Positions 9,761 through 19,315 of a DNA stretch of 64,000 nt are shown here, piece by piece (the stretch's first letter is position 1; every line of letters begins with the position of its first letter). The DNA comes from Nitrososphaerales archaeon (lineage in GTDB: Archaea; Thermoproteota; Nitrososphaeria; Nitrososphaerales; Gagatemarchaeaceae): contig JBEKTS010000002.1 of NCBI GenBank assembly GCA_049515775.1, positions 1 through 64,000 of the forward strand, in the 5' to 3' direction. The notes under the pieces are model-generated. The model did not search any database, was not told where the DNA came from, and was given only the letters and a program-made list of their open reading frames with translations. The position numbers and the translations under genes were made by a program.

Positions 9761-11362
9761 ATGAACGAGACCACCCGGGGGTCTGGCGCGGGGGCAGCTT
9801 CGACGGAGGTAGCGGTCGCCGTCGGAGCCGGCGCCCCGGCCTCCTCGCCCACCGTCCTCACGGGCGTGACCGCCACGCTCGTGCTGGTCGGGATCTTCCT
9901 CGCCATCCTGATGGGCGCGATGGACTCCCTCGTCGTCTCGACCGTCCTCCCTACCATCGCCGGCGACCTGCACCAGGTGGACGGCGTCACGTTCGTGGCA
10001 GGCTCGTATCTCGTCTCCTCGACCATCTCGATCCCGATCTTCGCCAGGCTCTCCGACATCGCGAGCAGGAGGAACGTCTTCCTCGTGGGCCTGGCGATCT
10101 TCATGGTAGGCTCGGCCCTGGCGGGCCTCAGTCAGAACCTCTCCGAGCTCATCGCGTTCCGCGCGATGCAGGGGTTCGGCGGAGGCGGCGTCTTCCCGGT
10201 CGCCATCGCGATGGTCGCGGTGATGTTCCCCCCGAGCACGCGGGCGCGCGTCACGGGCATCCTCAGCGGCGCGGCCGGCCTGGCGATCGTCCTCGGCCCC
10301 CTGGTCGGGTCCTACATCGTCTCGGTGGCCACGTGGCGGTGGGTCTTCTACATCAACCTCCCATTCGGCATCCTGGCCGCGGCGGTGCTCCTCTTCGCAG
10401 TGGGGCCCCTCCGCCCAACGACTCCGGGCGGGTTCGACGTCCCAGGCGCGGCCCTCCTTTCGGGCTGGGTGGGCGCCCTGATGGTCGCCCTCGTGGAGGT
10501 CTCCGACTCGGGACTGAGCTGGACCGACCCGCGGATCGTCGCGCTCCTGGCCGCGGCGGTCGTGCTCTTCCCGGTCTTCCTCTGGTGGGAGCTCCGGACG
10601 CTCGAGCCGCTCGTGCCCCTCCGGCTGATGAAGCAGCGGACCATCGCGGCGACGAGCGGGACGATGTTCTTCACCGGCATCGTATTCAGCTCTCTCATCA
10701 CCTTCCTCTCGGTCTTCGTCGGGATAGTGCTCCTCGGGAACGGTCCGAGCGCGGCGGGCGACATCCGCGACATCATCTACTTCCTCGCGATCCCCCTCGT
10801 CCTCGGGGCGGCCATCTCGGGCCAGATCCTGACGCGGCTCTCCTACCGGAAGGTGATCGTCCCGGGCCTCGTCGTCGGCGCGGTCTCGGCCTTCTTCCTC
10901 ACGGACCTGTCCTTGTCCACCCCCCTCTGGCACTTCGCGTTCGGCTTCATCCCGGACGGCGGGCTAATCCTCCCGCTGATCCCGATGGGGTTCGGTCTCG
11001 GCTTCTCCCTCGCAGGCCCGACGATCGCGGTCCAGAACGACGCCCCTCGGGACAAGGTCGGGGCCGCCATCGGCCTGACGAGGTTCCTCCAGTCGCTCGG
11101 AGCAGCGCTCGGAATCTCGCTCCTGACGACCTTCGACTCCTGGCGCGTCCAGACGCTCTCGAAGGGAGCGACCACGCCCGGCGCCGTGGCCGACGCCATG
11201 GTCACCGCCTACAACGAGATCTTCCTGATCCTCGCGATCTGCGTGGTCATAGCCCTAGGGTTCGGCCTGCTCTTCACTGGGAGGGTCCCGCAGAAATCCT
11301 CCAAGACCGGGGTCCAACCGGGTTCCATCTCTGGCGCCGAGGCGGCGCCCGTCGGGTCCTGA
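9761..11362 (+). CDS. MFS transporter (DHA2-like drug:H+ antiporter family, about 14 TM)
   Basis: MFS motif GAMDSLVVSTVLPTIAGDL, LSDIASRRNVFLVGLAIF. Start at ATG 9761 (MNETTRG). Confidence 0.85.
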   Translation: MNETTRGSGAGAASTEVAVAVGAGAPASSPTVLTGVTATLVLVGIFLAILMGAMDSLVVSTVLPTIAGDLHQVDGVTFVAGSYLVSSTISIPIFARLSDIASRRNVFLVGLAIFMVGSALAGLSQNLSELIAFRAMQGFGGGGVFPVAIAMVAVMFPPSTRARVTGILSGAAGLAIVLGPLVGSYIVSVATWRWVFYINLPFGILAAAVLLFAVGPLRPTTPGGFDVPGAALLSGWVGALMVALVEVSDSGLSWTDPRIVALLAAAVVLFPVFLWWELRTLEPLVPLRLMKQRTIAATSGTMFFTGIVFSSLITFLSVFVGIVLLGNGPSAAGDIRDIIYFLAIPLVLGAAISGQILTRLSYRKVIVPGLVVGAVSAFFLTDLSLSTPLWHFAFGFIPDGGLILPLIPMGFGLGFSLAGPTIAVQNDAPRDKVGAAIGLTRFLQSLGAALGISLLTTFDSWRVQTLSKGATTPGAVADAMVTAYNEIFLILAICVVIALGFGLLFTGRVPQKSSKTGVQPGSISGAEAAPVGS

Positions 11363-11452
11363 CATCGGACCTCGCCGGCGAATGGACCGTCCGCCCACCG
11401 CCGCCGTCCTCCCGGGGCCCGGAGAGGGAGGACGGTAAACGGAAAGGCCTGG

Positions 11453-12240
11453 ATGGCAGCGGCCCTCGCAAGGTGGCCATCGAGGGCCGCGCTCCTCTCG
11501 GACGTGCACGGGAACGCCGCCGCGCTGGACTCGGTCCTGCGCGCCCTCGACCGCGAGGGGCCCGTGGACGCGGTCGTGTGCCTGGGAGACGCGGCCGCGA
11601 CCGACCCCCGGCCGCGGGGAGGCCCTGAGCGCCCTCCGGTCGAGGAAAGCGCTCTGCGTCATGGGGGACACGGACGAATGGCTGCTCGCTCCCCGGTCGG
11701 GGGCGGAGGGCTGCCCAGTGAGGGCGATCGAGGGGATGGAGCTCTGGGACGCCCGTCGTCCGGACGGGCCGGACAGGGAGTTCCTCCCCGCGTTCAAGCC
11801 TACGGTCCGGGTCGAGATGGGCGAGGCGGGGTCTCCGCTCGCCTTCCGCGGCTCGCCGACCTCGAACACGGAATGGACAGGCTCGGCGGCCAGCGCCGAG
11901 CTCCTCGACGAGAAGCTCTCGGTAGAGGCGGGTGCCACTATCATGGCCGAGGGGCACTAGCGCAGGCAGCCGTTCCGCCGGCACATAGGGTAGATCCCGA
12001 TGAACCTGGGAGTTTCGGCCTTCCGTACGACCGAGACCCGTCGACGGGGAGCCTCTACGTCCCACCCTGGTCGGAGTACCCGCTCATCACGGCCGAGGAC
12101 GCGGGCCTCGAGGCGGCGTTCCGGAGGATCTCGGTCGACGCCGGTGACCTGAGGGCTTCCATCGTCTCGAGCGGCATGCCAGAGCGGACGCGTTTCCCGA
12201 GGCATGGGCAGACTGCATCGAGCGGATGCTCGAGGAGGGT
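11453..12240 (+). pseudogene. Metallophosphoesterase (calcineurin-like, YfcE/MJ0936-like) disrupted by frameshifts and a stop
   Basis: Frame A: LLSDVHGNAAALDSVL...VVCLGDAAATDPRP. Frame B after a C5/G4 homopolymer run near 11605-11625: EALSALRSRKALCVMGDTDEW...AFRGSPTSNTEW...AEGH then TAG where the GHTH motif is expected. Frame A again around 12040-12200: GSLYVPPWSEY...FRRISVD...SGMPE. Confidence 0.5.
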
Positions 12241-12324
12241 CGGATGTCGTGACCGGCCTCCGCGGTCCCGGCTCGAGGCCGACCAGCACCCCTTTTACAT
12301 AAGGCGCGGGGGAACCGGACGGCG

Positions 12325-13203
12325 ATGACCAAAGAGGAGGTCGGCATAGCTCTGCGTTCGACGGTCTTCCCTCCCGGGTCGATCCTCAGGCTCGCCCCGC
12401 TGCTCGATTCGGCCTTCTCCTCGGTCTGGTTCCCGTCGGTCGGGCCGCGGTTCGACTCTCTCGAGATGTGCGCGCTGGCGCTCGGAGCGACCTCCCGGCT
12501 GAGGGCGGGGACGGGGGTGATAAGACCCGGCGAGCTCGACCTCGCCCAGCTCGCCGGCCGCGCGGACACGCTCGGCGAGGGATCGCGGGGCCGGCTCGTC
12601 CTCGGGCTGGGGACCGGGGGTTCCAGGGGCAGGGTCGCCGTGGTCGACCTCGTGGACCAGGCGAGGCGACTGCGCGCCGCCAGCCCGCCGGAGGCGCTGC
12701 CCGTCCCGATCTACTTCGCGGCGCTCGGCCCCAGGATGGTGCGCGCCTCCTTCGAGAGCGCCGACGGCGTCCTTCTGAACTTCTGCTCTCCGGGGTACGC
12801 CTCGGCCGTCATCGCCGGGTCCGGTAGGAGGGTGAGGGACGGCTTCCGGGTCGCGTGCTACCTCAAGCTCTTCTTCGCGCAGGACGACGGCGAGGCGAGG
12901 AGGATGCTGGTGGACGAGTTCGTGCACTACGACTCCCTCCCCCAGTACCACGAGATGTTCCACGCCATGGGGCTCTCGCAGACGATCTCGACCCTGCGCG
13001 TCAGACGCCAGATCGCCCCCGATGAGATCGCAGGGAGTATCTCGGAGGTCTCGATGGCCAACCCGACGCGGGACCAGACGCTGGAGCTCCTGATGCGCTT
13101 CAGGGAGGCCGGGGTGGACTCGCCCGTGGTCTACCCTTACGTCGCGGGCGCCGATGACTGGAAGGTCTCCGTCGTGGAGAGGCTGCGGAGCTGGCTGACC
13201 TAG
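12325..13203 (+). CDS. LLM-class (luciferase-like) flavin/F420-dependent oxidoreductase
   Basis: TIM-barrel luciferase-like monooxygenase pattern: LVLGLGTGGS, FAALGPRMV, MRFREAGVD. Confidence 0.75.
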   Translation: MTKEEVGIALRSTVFPPGSILRLAPLLDSAFSSVWFPSVGPRFDSLEMCALALGATSRLRAGTGVIRPGELDLAQLAGRADTLGEGSRGRLVLGLGTGGSRGRVAVVDLVDQARRLRAASPPEALPVPIYFAALGPRMVRASFESADGVLLNFCSPGYASAVIAGSGRRVRDGFRVACYLKLFFAQDDGEARRMLVDEFVHYDSLPQYHEMFHAMGLSQTISTLRVRRQIAPDEIAGSISEVSMANPTRDQTLELLMRFREAGVDSPVVYPYVAGADDWKVSVVERLRSWLT

Positions 13204-13343
13204 CGAGCGCCACGTAGCTCCGGGCCGCACGCGATGCCGAGACGACCAGCCTGCGTCTCCAGCGGTCCGGGGAACCTCCCAGCAACATTTTTTAGAGCGG
13301 CCACTTGGCGGTCTGCAGCTTGGGCGAGGAACATAAGACGGTC

Positions 13344-13634
13344 ATGGTCTCGATTCTGGCCACCGTCGTGGCTGCCATCGTGCTTCTCATCGTCACCGTC
13401 GCCGTAGCGGGCCACTTCTCGACGTCGCTCTTCGAGTCCTACGTCCTGCCGCTCTTCATGTCCGCGTTCACGCTCTTGGTCTTCTGGGCCTTCCTCTTCG
13501 CGCGCCACAAGGGGAAGCTGTCGTTGCTCGCCGAGGAAGAGCGCAAGGAGGAGCGCAAGGAAGAGAAGCTCGCCGCAGCGACGACGACGCCTCCAGCGGC
13601 ACAGGCGCCATCACAGACCCCCAAGCCCACCTGA
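13344..13634 (+). CDS. Small 2-TM membrane protein with KEE-repeat / Thr-Pro-rich tail
   Basis: ATG 13344 follows an AT-rich TATA-like element (aacattttttagag). Two hydrophobic helices. High GC3. Confidence 0.4.
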   Translation: MVSILATVVAAIVLLIVTVAVAGHFSTSLFESYVLPLFMSAFTLLVFWAFLFARHKGKLSLLAEEERKEERKEEKLAAATTTPPAAQAPSQTPKPT

Positions 13635-13822
13635 GGGTCTTCCTGGGACCGGTACGCTCGCCCGCGCGCAAGCTCACCCTCCTTCTTGCTTCGATACTTC
13701 CCTGGCCGGACGGCCGTGGTCGCAGGATCCGGCCTTTCCTGCTGCTGGCTGACCTTCCTCAGCGCTGGGATCGTCGGGAACGGAGGCGGCACCGGAGGGC
13801 GCCGCCCAGCGTTCTGCGGCGG

Positions 13823-14296
13823 TCAGGCCTTCCTGCTCGCGGGAGCCTCCTCCAGCTCCGCGATCTCCTTCAGGTTCTTAAGGCTCTCCAGGACGTTCTG
13901 CTTCACGAGCCTGTTCACCACGAGCTTGCTGGCGGTCTTGCCCAGGTACCCGGCGTGAGCCTCGTACTCCACGCTCTCGGTCACCCTGGTGCCCTTCTTC
14001 GTGGGCTCGAGGACGATCGAACAGAGGTAATTGTCGAGGAACCCGTCGGGAAGGTGCTTGTAGGAGAACCGCTTGTTCGGTACGACCTCGGTCGCGACCA
14101 GCGACGCCATCATCTTCCGGCCCGCGACCTTCGCGGTTATGGTTACGCTCTTGCCTACGATGGCGATGCGCGAATGGCCGGGCGTCACCGCAACGACGTG
14201 AGGATAGAGCTTCGGAACGAAGGAAGGGTCAGCCACGATGCTCCACACCACTTCCGGCGCCGCCGCAACCTCAACTGCCTTCTCTAACGTTGGCAT
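13823..14296 (-). CDS. SRPBCC (polyketide cyclase/START-like) domain protein
   Basis: VEVAAAPEVVWSIVADPSFVPKLYPHVVAV... is a Polyketide_cyc2-like fold. Start at MPTLEKA (14296). A TATA-like cgatataaact lies in the divergent intergenic region. Confidence 0.65.
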   Translation of the reverse strand: MPTLEKAVEVAAAPEVVWSIVADPSFVPKLYPHVVAVTPGHSRIAIVGKSVTITAKVAGRKMMASLVATEVVPNKRFSYKHLPDGFLDNYLCSIVLEPTKKGTRVTESVEYEAHAGYLGKTASKLVVNRLVKQNVLESLKNLKEIAELEEAPASRKA

Positions 14297-14413
14297 GGAC
14301 AGGGAGCCTTTACCCTCCCGATATAAACTCGAGCGGGGCATCGACGGCCACCGACCAAAGTCTCTTAAACCCTGGACCGACAACTCCTACCCGGAACGGA
14401 ACAAGACACGAAC

Positions 14414-15700
14414 ATGTCCAAGAGTCCCGCGTCAAAGCCGGACGTGACGACGACCTCGATGCTCATCGTACTTGTGGTCCTCATCACGGTGAGCACCAGC
14501 GCGAGCTACTACGCGGTGAACTACGCTCCCGGAGCCGGCGTCCACTCGACCACGGCCACGACGACGGGGGGCGGGACAACAACAACAACAACGACGACGA
14601 CGGGCGGTCCCACCACCACCTCCTCCGCGTCGTCCGCCGGGACCACCTCCTCGGGCTCCTCCGCGTCGAGCGGCGCGTTCGCCAACGTCACGCTCGGGAA
14701 CGACCCCGCCGTCGCGGTCTACGACAACGTCACCGGTGATGTGTACGTGGTCAACTCGAACGTCTTCGGCGAGGCCACGGTCTCGGTCGTCTCCGGCACG
14801 GCCGTCGTCGGGAACGTCTCGATAGGGAGGGGCACCTACCCGCAGTCGAGCATGGTCTTCGACCCGACGAACGGGGACGTCTACGTCGCGAGCCAGTTCA
14901 CCAGCAGCGTGGCCGTCATCTCCGGGACGGCGCTGGTCGGCAACGTCACCCTCGCCCAGGCCCCATACACGCTCGCAGTCGACCCGCAGGACGGCTACGT
15001 CTACAGCGCGAACTACGGGGACAACGGCGCCGGTTCGACGGTCTCGGTCATCTCAGGCACGAGGCTGGTGGCTGACGTGACCGTGGGCCCAGGTCCGGAC
15101 GCCCTGACCTACAACCCGTCCAACGGCCTCGTGTACGTCGGGAACTACGGGGCTGGATACCTCTCCCTGATCTCCGGAACCCGGCTCGTCGGCAACGTCT
15201 CCGTACCCGACGGAACCTACACCGAGGCCTACGACCCGACGAACAACTACGTCTACATCACGAACGCGCTCGCTGGGAGCGAGGGGAACGTGACGGTGGT
15301 CTCCGAAGAGTCGGTCGTGGCGACCATGCAGGTCGGCATCTTCCCGTCGGGGCTGCTCTATGACCCGGCCGACCAGTACGTGTACGTGATCTCCGACGGG
15401 GAGCCCGGCCCGCAGGGGGTCTCGACGGCGGTGGTTCTCTCCGGAACGAGCGTCGTCGGTAACATCACCCTGGGCAACTATGCGACCGCCCTCGCCTACG
15501 ATTCCCAGAACCAGGACGTCTACGTGGCGATGTTCGGCCCCGACCAGGTCGTGATCATCTCGGGGACCGGCATCGTCGGGTCGGTCGACGCTGGCGTCAG
15601 CCCCAACGGGATCGTGTACGACGCGTCGAACAGGTCCATCTACGTGGTCGACGCCGGCTTCGCGGCCCCCGGAGGGGTCACGATCATCCCGAGCGGCTAG
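14414..15700 (+). CDS. Cell-surface YVTN-family beta-propeller repeat protein (signal anchor + poly-Thr linker)
   Basis: N-terminal TM, a run of about 9 Thr (TTTTTTTTT), then about 8 copies of a roughly 40-aa repeat (V.V..NV.....P...AYDP.NGYVYV.N). Confidence 0.8.
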   Translation: MSKSPASKPDVTTTSMLIVLVVLITVSTSASYYAVNYAPGAGVHSTTATTTGGGTTTTTTTTTGGPTTTSSASSAGTTSSGSSASSGAFANVTLGNDPAVAVYDNVTGDVYVVNSNVFGEATVSVVSGTAVVGNVSIGRGTYPQSSMVFDPTNGDVYVASQFTSSVAVISGTALVGNVTLAQAPYTLAVDPQDGYVYSANYGDNGAGSTVSVISGTRLVADVTVGPGPDALTYNPSNGLVYVGNYGAGYLSLISGTRLVGNVSVPDGTYTEAYDPTNNYVYITNALAGSEGNVTVVSEESVVATMQVGIFPSGLLYDPADQYVYVISDGEPGPQGVSTAVVLSGTSVVGNITLGNYATALAYDSQNQDVYVAMFGPDQVVIISGTGIVGSVDAGVSPNGIVYDASNRSIYVVDAGFAAPGGVTIIPSG

Positions 15701-15732
15701 GTCTCCGACGGTTCACCGAGGGACGCTGCCGT

Positions 15733-16230
15733 TCAGCGTCCGCTCGCCGGCGCCATCTCCAACCGGGCGCGCATCCGCAGGCCGACCTGGACGCCGATCT
15801 GCTCGAACCTCCCCTCCTCCCCCTTCACGAGCCCGGCGTCGTCCGTCCTTCCGTCGACGAGGAAGACCCTCGCCGAACCGTGGGTGGCGACCATCCGCAG
15901 GCCGACCCTCTTCAACCCCCTCTCGATGGGCTTGGCGGCGCTGCCCGAGAGGGGCCGGTCGAGCCTGGTCTCGAACGCGTAGCCCAGCCTTCCGGAGAGG
16001 TCGATCCCCTCCAGGCCCGAGATGAACTCCCTCATCGGCCTCGACGCGGTCAGCCACTCGGTCGGCCCACCGGCGCAGACGAGGTCGCAGCTCCTCAGCG
16101 AGTCGGCGGTCACGTCCTCGGACCTCAGGCAGGACGCCTCGACGCCCGCCTCGGTGAGCCCGGACCCGAGCGACCTGGCGACCTTCTCGGTGTTGCCGTA
16201 GCGGGTCACGAAGATCACGCAGGCTCTCAT
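15733..16230 (-). CDS. Flavodoxin-like domain protein (paralog A)
   Basis: MRACVIFVTRYGNTEKVARSLG...DLVCAGGPTEW matches the flavodoxin fold and FMN-binding loop. Start at 16230. Confidence 0.65.
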   Translation of the reverse strand: MRACVIFVTRYGNTEKVARSLGSGLTEAGVEASCLRSEDVTADSLRSCDLVCAGGPTEWLTASRPMREFISGLEGIDLSGRLGYAFETRLDRPLSGSAAKPIERGLKRVGLRMVATHGSARVFLVDGRTDDAGLVKGEEGRFEQIGVQVGLRMRARLEMAPASGR

Positions 16231-16362
16231 CCACTCCAGCGCTCCTGCGGGCCGGCCGTTCCCGGGCCCAATTAAGCCGAGCGCACGATTCTCGCGCGTG
16301 ACAATCGGCCGGGCGACCCGCCAGGGGCCCGGCGTCACCGCCGGCCGGAGGCAGCCTCCCGG

Positions 16363-16851
16363 TCAGAGCATCTTCTCCATGACCAGCTCGTCGTAGAATG
16401 CCGACCCGACCTTCAGCTCCTTGCTCAGCCTCCCCGCGACGACGAACCCCGCCCGCTCGTAGAGCCCCAGCGCGGCGCGCTGGTCGGGGTTCACCGCGAG
16501 CTTGACCTTGACGACGCCCTCCCTCTCACTGGCGAGACGGAGCGCGCCCTCCAGCAGCCTCGCGCCGACCCCGTGACCCCTGCGGTCCGGTCTCACGTAG
16601 ACGCCGAAGACGTCGGCGACGTGGCGGGTCTTGGACCTGTCATTGAAGACTACTGCGACCGTGCCGACCGGCTCGCCGTCCATCAGGGCGAACAGGGCGT
16701 TCCCGATCCTTCGTCTCCACTCCTCCTCGCCGAGCCTCTCCTCCTCCTCGGGCGAGCTGCCGAACGCAGTCGGGTCGTTCCTGAGCGCTTCCAGCCGCAG
16801 CTCTCGGTACTCCCTCCACCGTTCCACCGGGAGCCTTTGTATCTCGAGCAA
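16363..16851 (-). CDS. GNAT family N-acetyltransferase
   Basis: Acetyl-CoA binding motif RRGHGVGARLLEGAL...YERAGF. Confidence 0.85.
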   Translation of the reverse strand: MLEIQRLPVERWREYRELRLEALRNDPTAFGSSPEEEERLGEEEWRRRIGNALFALMDGEPVGTVAVVFNDRSKTRHVADVFGVYVRPDRRGHGVGARLLEGALRLASEREGVVKVKLAVNPDQRAALGLYERAGFVVAGRLSKELKVGSAFYDELVMEKML

Positions 16852-17043
16852 ACCCCCACGCCCCCGGCGAGCGCCCGGATATCTGTTTGGCCCGCTCCCG
16901 GAGGCCGGGGCGTCCTCTCCCCGGCGTGGGACGCGCTCCGGTCGGACCGGGCCCGGCGCCCGCGACCCGATCCCCTCGCTCCGCCCTTCGCCAAGCGGCC
17001 GTCGTATGGGGTTTATTAGAGGCGGGTCGACCTGGGGCCAGTC

Positions 17044-17436
17044 GTGCAGACCGTCCCCCCGCCGAAGGGATCCAAAGCCAAGCGCAACGCGACCATCCTC
17101 GTGATAGCCGTCCTCGTCGGGTCGGTGGTCGTCTACTACTTCGCCGCCGGCCTGTTCAACATCCCCTCGTCCGCCATGCTCTCCGGGACGGCGTCCGTGA
17201 GCCTAGCCGGAGCGAGCGCCGTGGAGGTGGGCTTCACGAACGAGAACACCGGCCAGTCCTACGCCGCCCCGGTGGTCGACGGGGGGTACAGCATCGTCCT
17301 TCCCAACCAGCAGTCCTACACGGTCGAGATCCAGTGGTCCAGCACCTCGGCAGCGAACGGGACCTGCGATGCGGGGACGGTCTCGGTCGGGGTGGGGGCC
17401 GGCGACACCTCGCTCACCGGGGACTGGAGCTGCTAG
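17044..17436 (+). CDS. Small secreted/membrane-anchored protein (unknown function)
   Basis: GTG start after a TATA-like gggtttattagagg. N-terminal TM (ILVIAVLVGSVVVYYF) followed by a Ser/Thr/Gly-rich beta domain ending in Cys. Confidence 0.4.
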   Translation: MQTVPPPKGSKAKRNATILVIAVLVGSVVVYYFAAGLFNIPSSAMLSGTASVSLAGASAVEVGFTNENTGQSYAAPVVDGGYSIVLPNQQSYTVEIQWSSTSAANGTCDAGTVSVGVGAGDTSLTGDWSC

Positions 17437-17560
17437 TCCCCGGCCGTGCCGCTCGAGCCGTTCCCACCTCAGCCTGCCCACCGCTGCGAACTAGCTCGAG
17501 GTTGATCTGGTGAGCCTTCCATGCGGGACCAGGGACCCGCTCGCCCAAGCCCCATGACAC

Positions 17561-18040
17561 CCGACCCCGCATCGATGGTGGGACACGAGCCGAGGTAATC
17601 TCCCGAGTTCGAGGCCGTCCGCGACCGGCTGGCCCCGTGCTGGGAGGGCTCGCCGTCGAGATCGAGCGCGTCGGGAGCGCCTCCGTCGAGGGCCTGGCCG
17701 CGAAGCCCACCATCGACCCGGGCGTGATGGCCGGGGGCGGAGACGACGTTCCCGATGCGATAGAGAAGCCGTAGTCGCTCGGGTACGCCCACGTCGGCGA
17801 CCTCGGCAGAGGGGCGGGAGGCCTTCGATAGCCCGTCCGGAGGTCCAGAGCACCAGCTGTACGTCTGCGCAGAGGGCAGCGAGGCGTTGCGCCGCCGCCC
17901 CGCCCACCGGAGACCGCCGGCGACCACAGAGCTGAAGCGGTGGCTGGCGGCGAGGTCCGGGGACGTCCGTGAGGACTACACGGGCGCCGAGTCTGCCTTC
18001 ATCGAGGGAGCCCTGAGAGACCCCGTTACGACCGGGTTCA
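17561..18040 (+). pseudogene. GrpB-family (UPF0157) protein, frameshifted remnant
   Basis: Three frames carry consecutive GrpB segments: PEFEAVRDRLAPCWEG, then LAVEIERVGSASVEGLAAKPTID, then HQLYVCAEGSEALRRRP...ELKRWLAARSGDVREDYTGAESAFIEGALRD. Stops fall between the segments. Confidence 0.55.
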
Positions 18041-18553
18041 GCCGACCCGCGCCCTTGGGGGCTGGTCCTTGACGCCCTCTCCGCCCAGGAGCGCGGTCCC
18101 CAGCTCGCGGCCTATGGACCTGAACCTCTCCTCCTCCCCCTCCTTCAGCGCCGCGCCGCCGCGCCTCCCGTTCACCAGGAAGACCCTGGCCGACCGGCGC
18201 GGCCTGAGGATCCGGAGACCCATCCTCCCGAGCTGCCTCTCGATGGCCCTGGAGGCGCTCCCGGAGAGCCACCTGTCGAGCCTCGTGTCGAACGCGAAGC
18301 ATGGCTTGCCGCCCAGGTCGGCGCCCCTGAGCCTCCCCAGGAATTCCTTGACCGGGTCCGACGCGGTCAGCCACTCGGTCGGGCCGCCGACGCAGATGAG
18401 GTCGTACCGGTCGAGCGAGTCGATGGCGACCTCACGGGCGTTCGCGCAGACCGTCTCGACGCCCGCCTCCTGGAGGCCGGCCTCGAGGGCCCTCGCGACC
18501 TTCTCGGTGTTGCCGTAGAGAGTATCGTAGGCTATGCACGCTCTCGTCCCCAT
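18038..18553 (-). CDS. Flavodoxin-like domain protein (paralog B)
   Basis: MGTRACIAYDTLYGNTEKVARALEAGL...DLICVGGPTEWLTAS. About 50% identical to paralog A and in the same orientation. Confidence 0.65.
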   Translation of the reverse strand: MGTRACIAYDTLYGNTEKVARALEAGLQEAGVETVCANAREVAIDSLDRYDLICVGGPTEWLTASDPVKEFLGRLRGADLGGKPCFAFDTRLDRWLSGSASRAIERQLGRMGLRILRPRRSARVFLVNGRRGGAALKEGEEERFRSIGRELGTALLGGEGVKDQPPRARVG

Positions 18554-18715
18554 CCACCGTGGACGCGGAAGGCGCCGCCCGAGGCTCTTAAACCGAGAAG
18601 ACGATTCTCCCTTCTGACAATCACCGACCTCCTGGGGCCTGACTCTCGAGGGAGAGCCGGGGACGGGCTTGGGGACCGCTAGCTTAAAGCCGGAGAGCGG
18701 GCCGCCCGCACCGGG

Positions 18716-19189
18716 TTGTCGCTCTCGAACAAGGTCTGGTACTTCGCCTACGACGCGGACGTGAACGTCGGCCAGATGAGCAGGCAGGTCGGGGAGTGGA
18801 ATCTCTCGAAGAGGGCGCTGGCGAGGAGCTGCAGGCTCGCCTTCGACGTCTTCTCCTCGAAGTGGCAGGGGTGTGTCGCCAACCTGAAGCAGACGGACAG
18901 GTTCGAGGACACCGTCCACGGGGTGGTCTACCTCCTAACGGAGGATCAGTTCCTCCGCCTGCAGAAGCACGAGGGGATCCCTCCCCTGGAGCTGAAGGTC
19001 GAGCTTGAGGACGGGAACGAGATATCGCACGCGAAGACCTTTGTCCGCGCGGCCACGGCGGCCGAGCGCCCTCCTCCCGAGCCCTACAGGAGGGCTATGG
19101 AGGACGGGCTGCTGGAGCACGGCTACAAGAAGCCCCTGGTCGACCGGATCCTCGCCGGTGCCGGGACGCGCGGTCGAGCGGACGCCTAG
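18716..19189 (+). CDS. Gamma-glutamyl cyclotransferase-like (AIG2/GGCT fold) protein
   Basis: N-terminal VWYFAYDADVNVGQM matches the YFAYGSNM GGCT signature. Confidence 0.65.
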   Translation: MSLSNKVWYFAYDADVNVGQMSRQVGEWNLSKRALARSCRLAFDVFSSKWQGCVANLKQTDRFEDTVHGVVYLLTEDQFLRLQKHEGIPPLELKVELEDGNEISHAKTFVRAATAAERPPPEPYRRAMEDGLLEHGYKKPLVDRILAGAGTRGRADA

Positions 19190-19315
19190 GGGAAGCCCTC
19201 CGGCCCGACGCCGCGCCGTGAGGCGCGCAGGCCCCTCTCCGGATGGATTCTCTAACGATTTGGGAAGGATTATGGAAATCCGCTAAATAAGAAACCGCGC
19301 CGAGCGGTGCCTGTA

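Noticed and set aside
9700-11628. 642-aa +2 frame ORF and 9731-10933 minus ORF over the MFS gene
   Set aside because: Off-frame artefacts. The MFS frame has 14 clear TM helices and family motifs.
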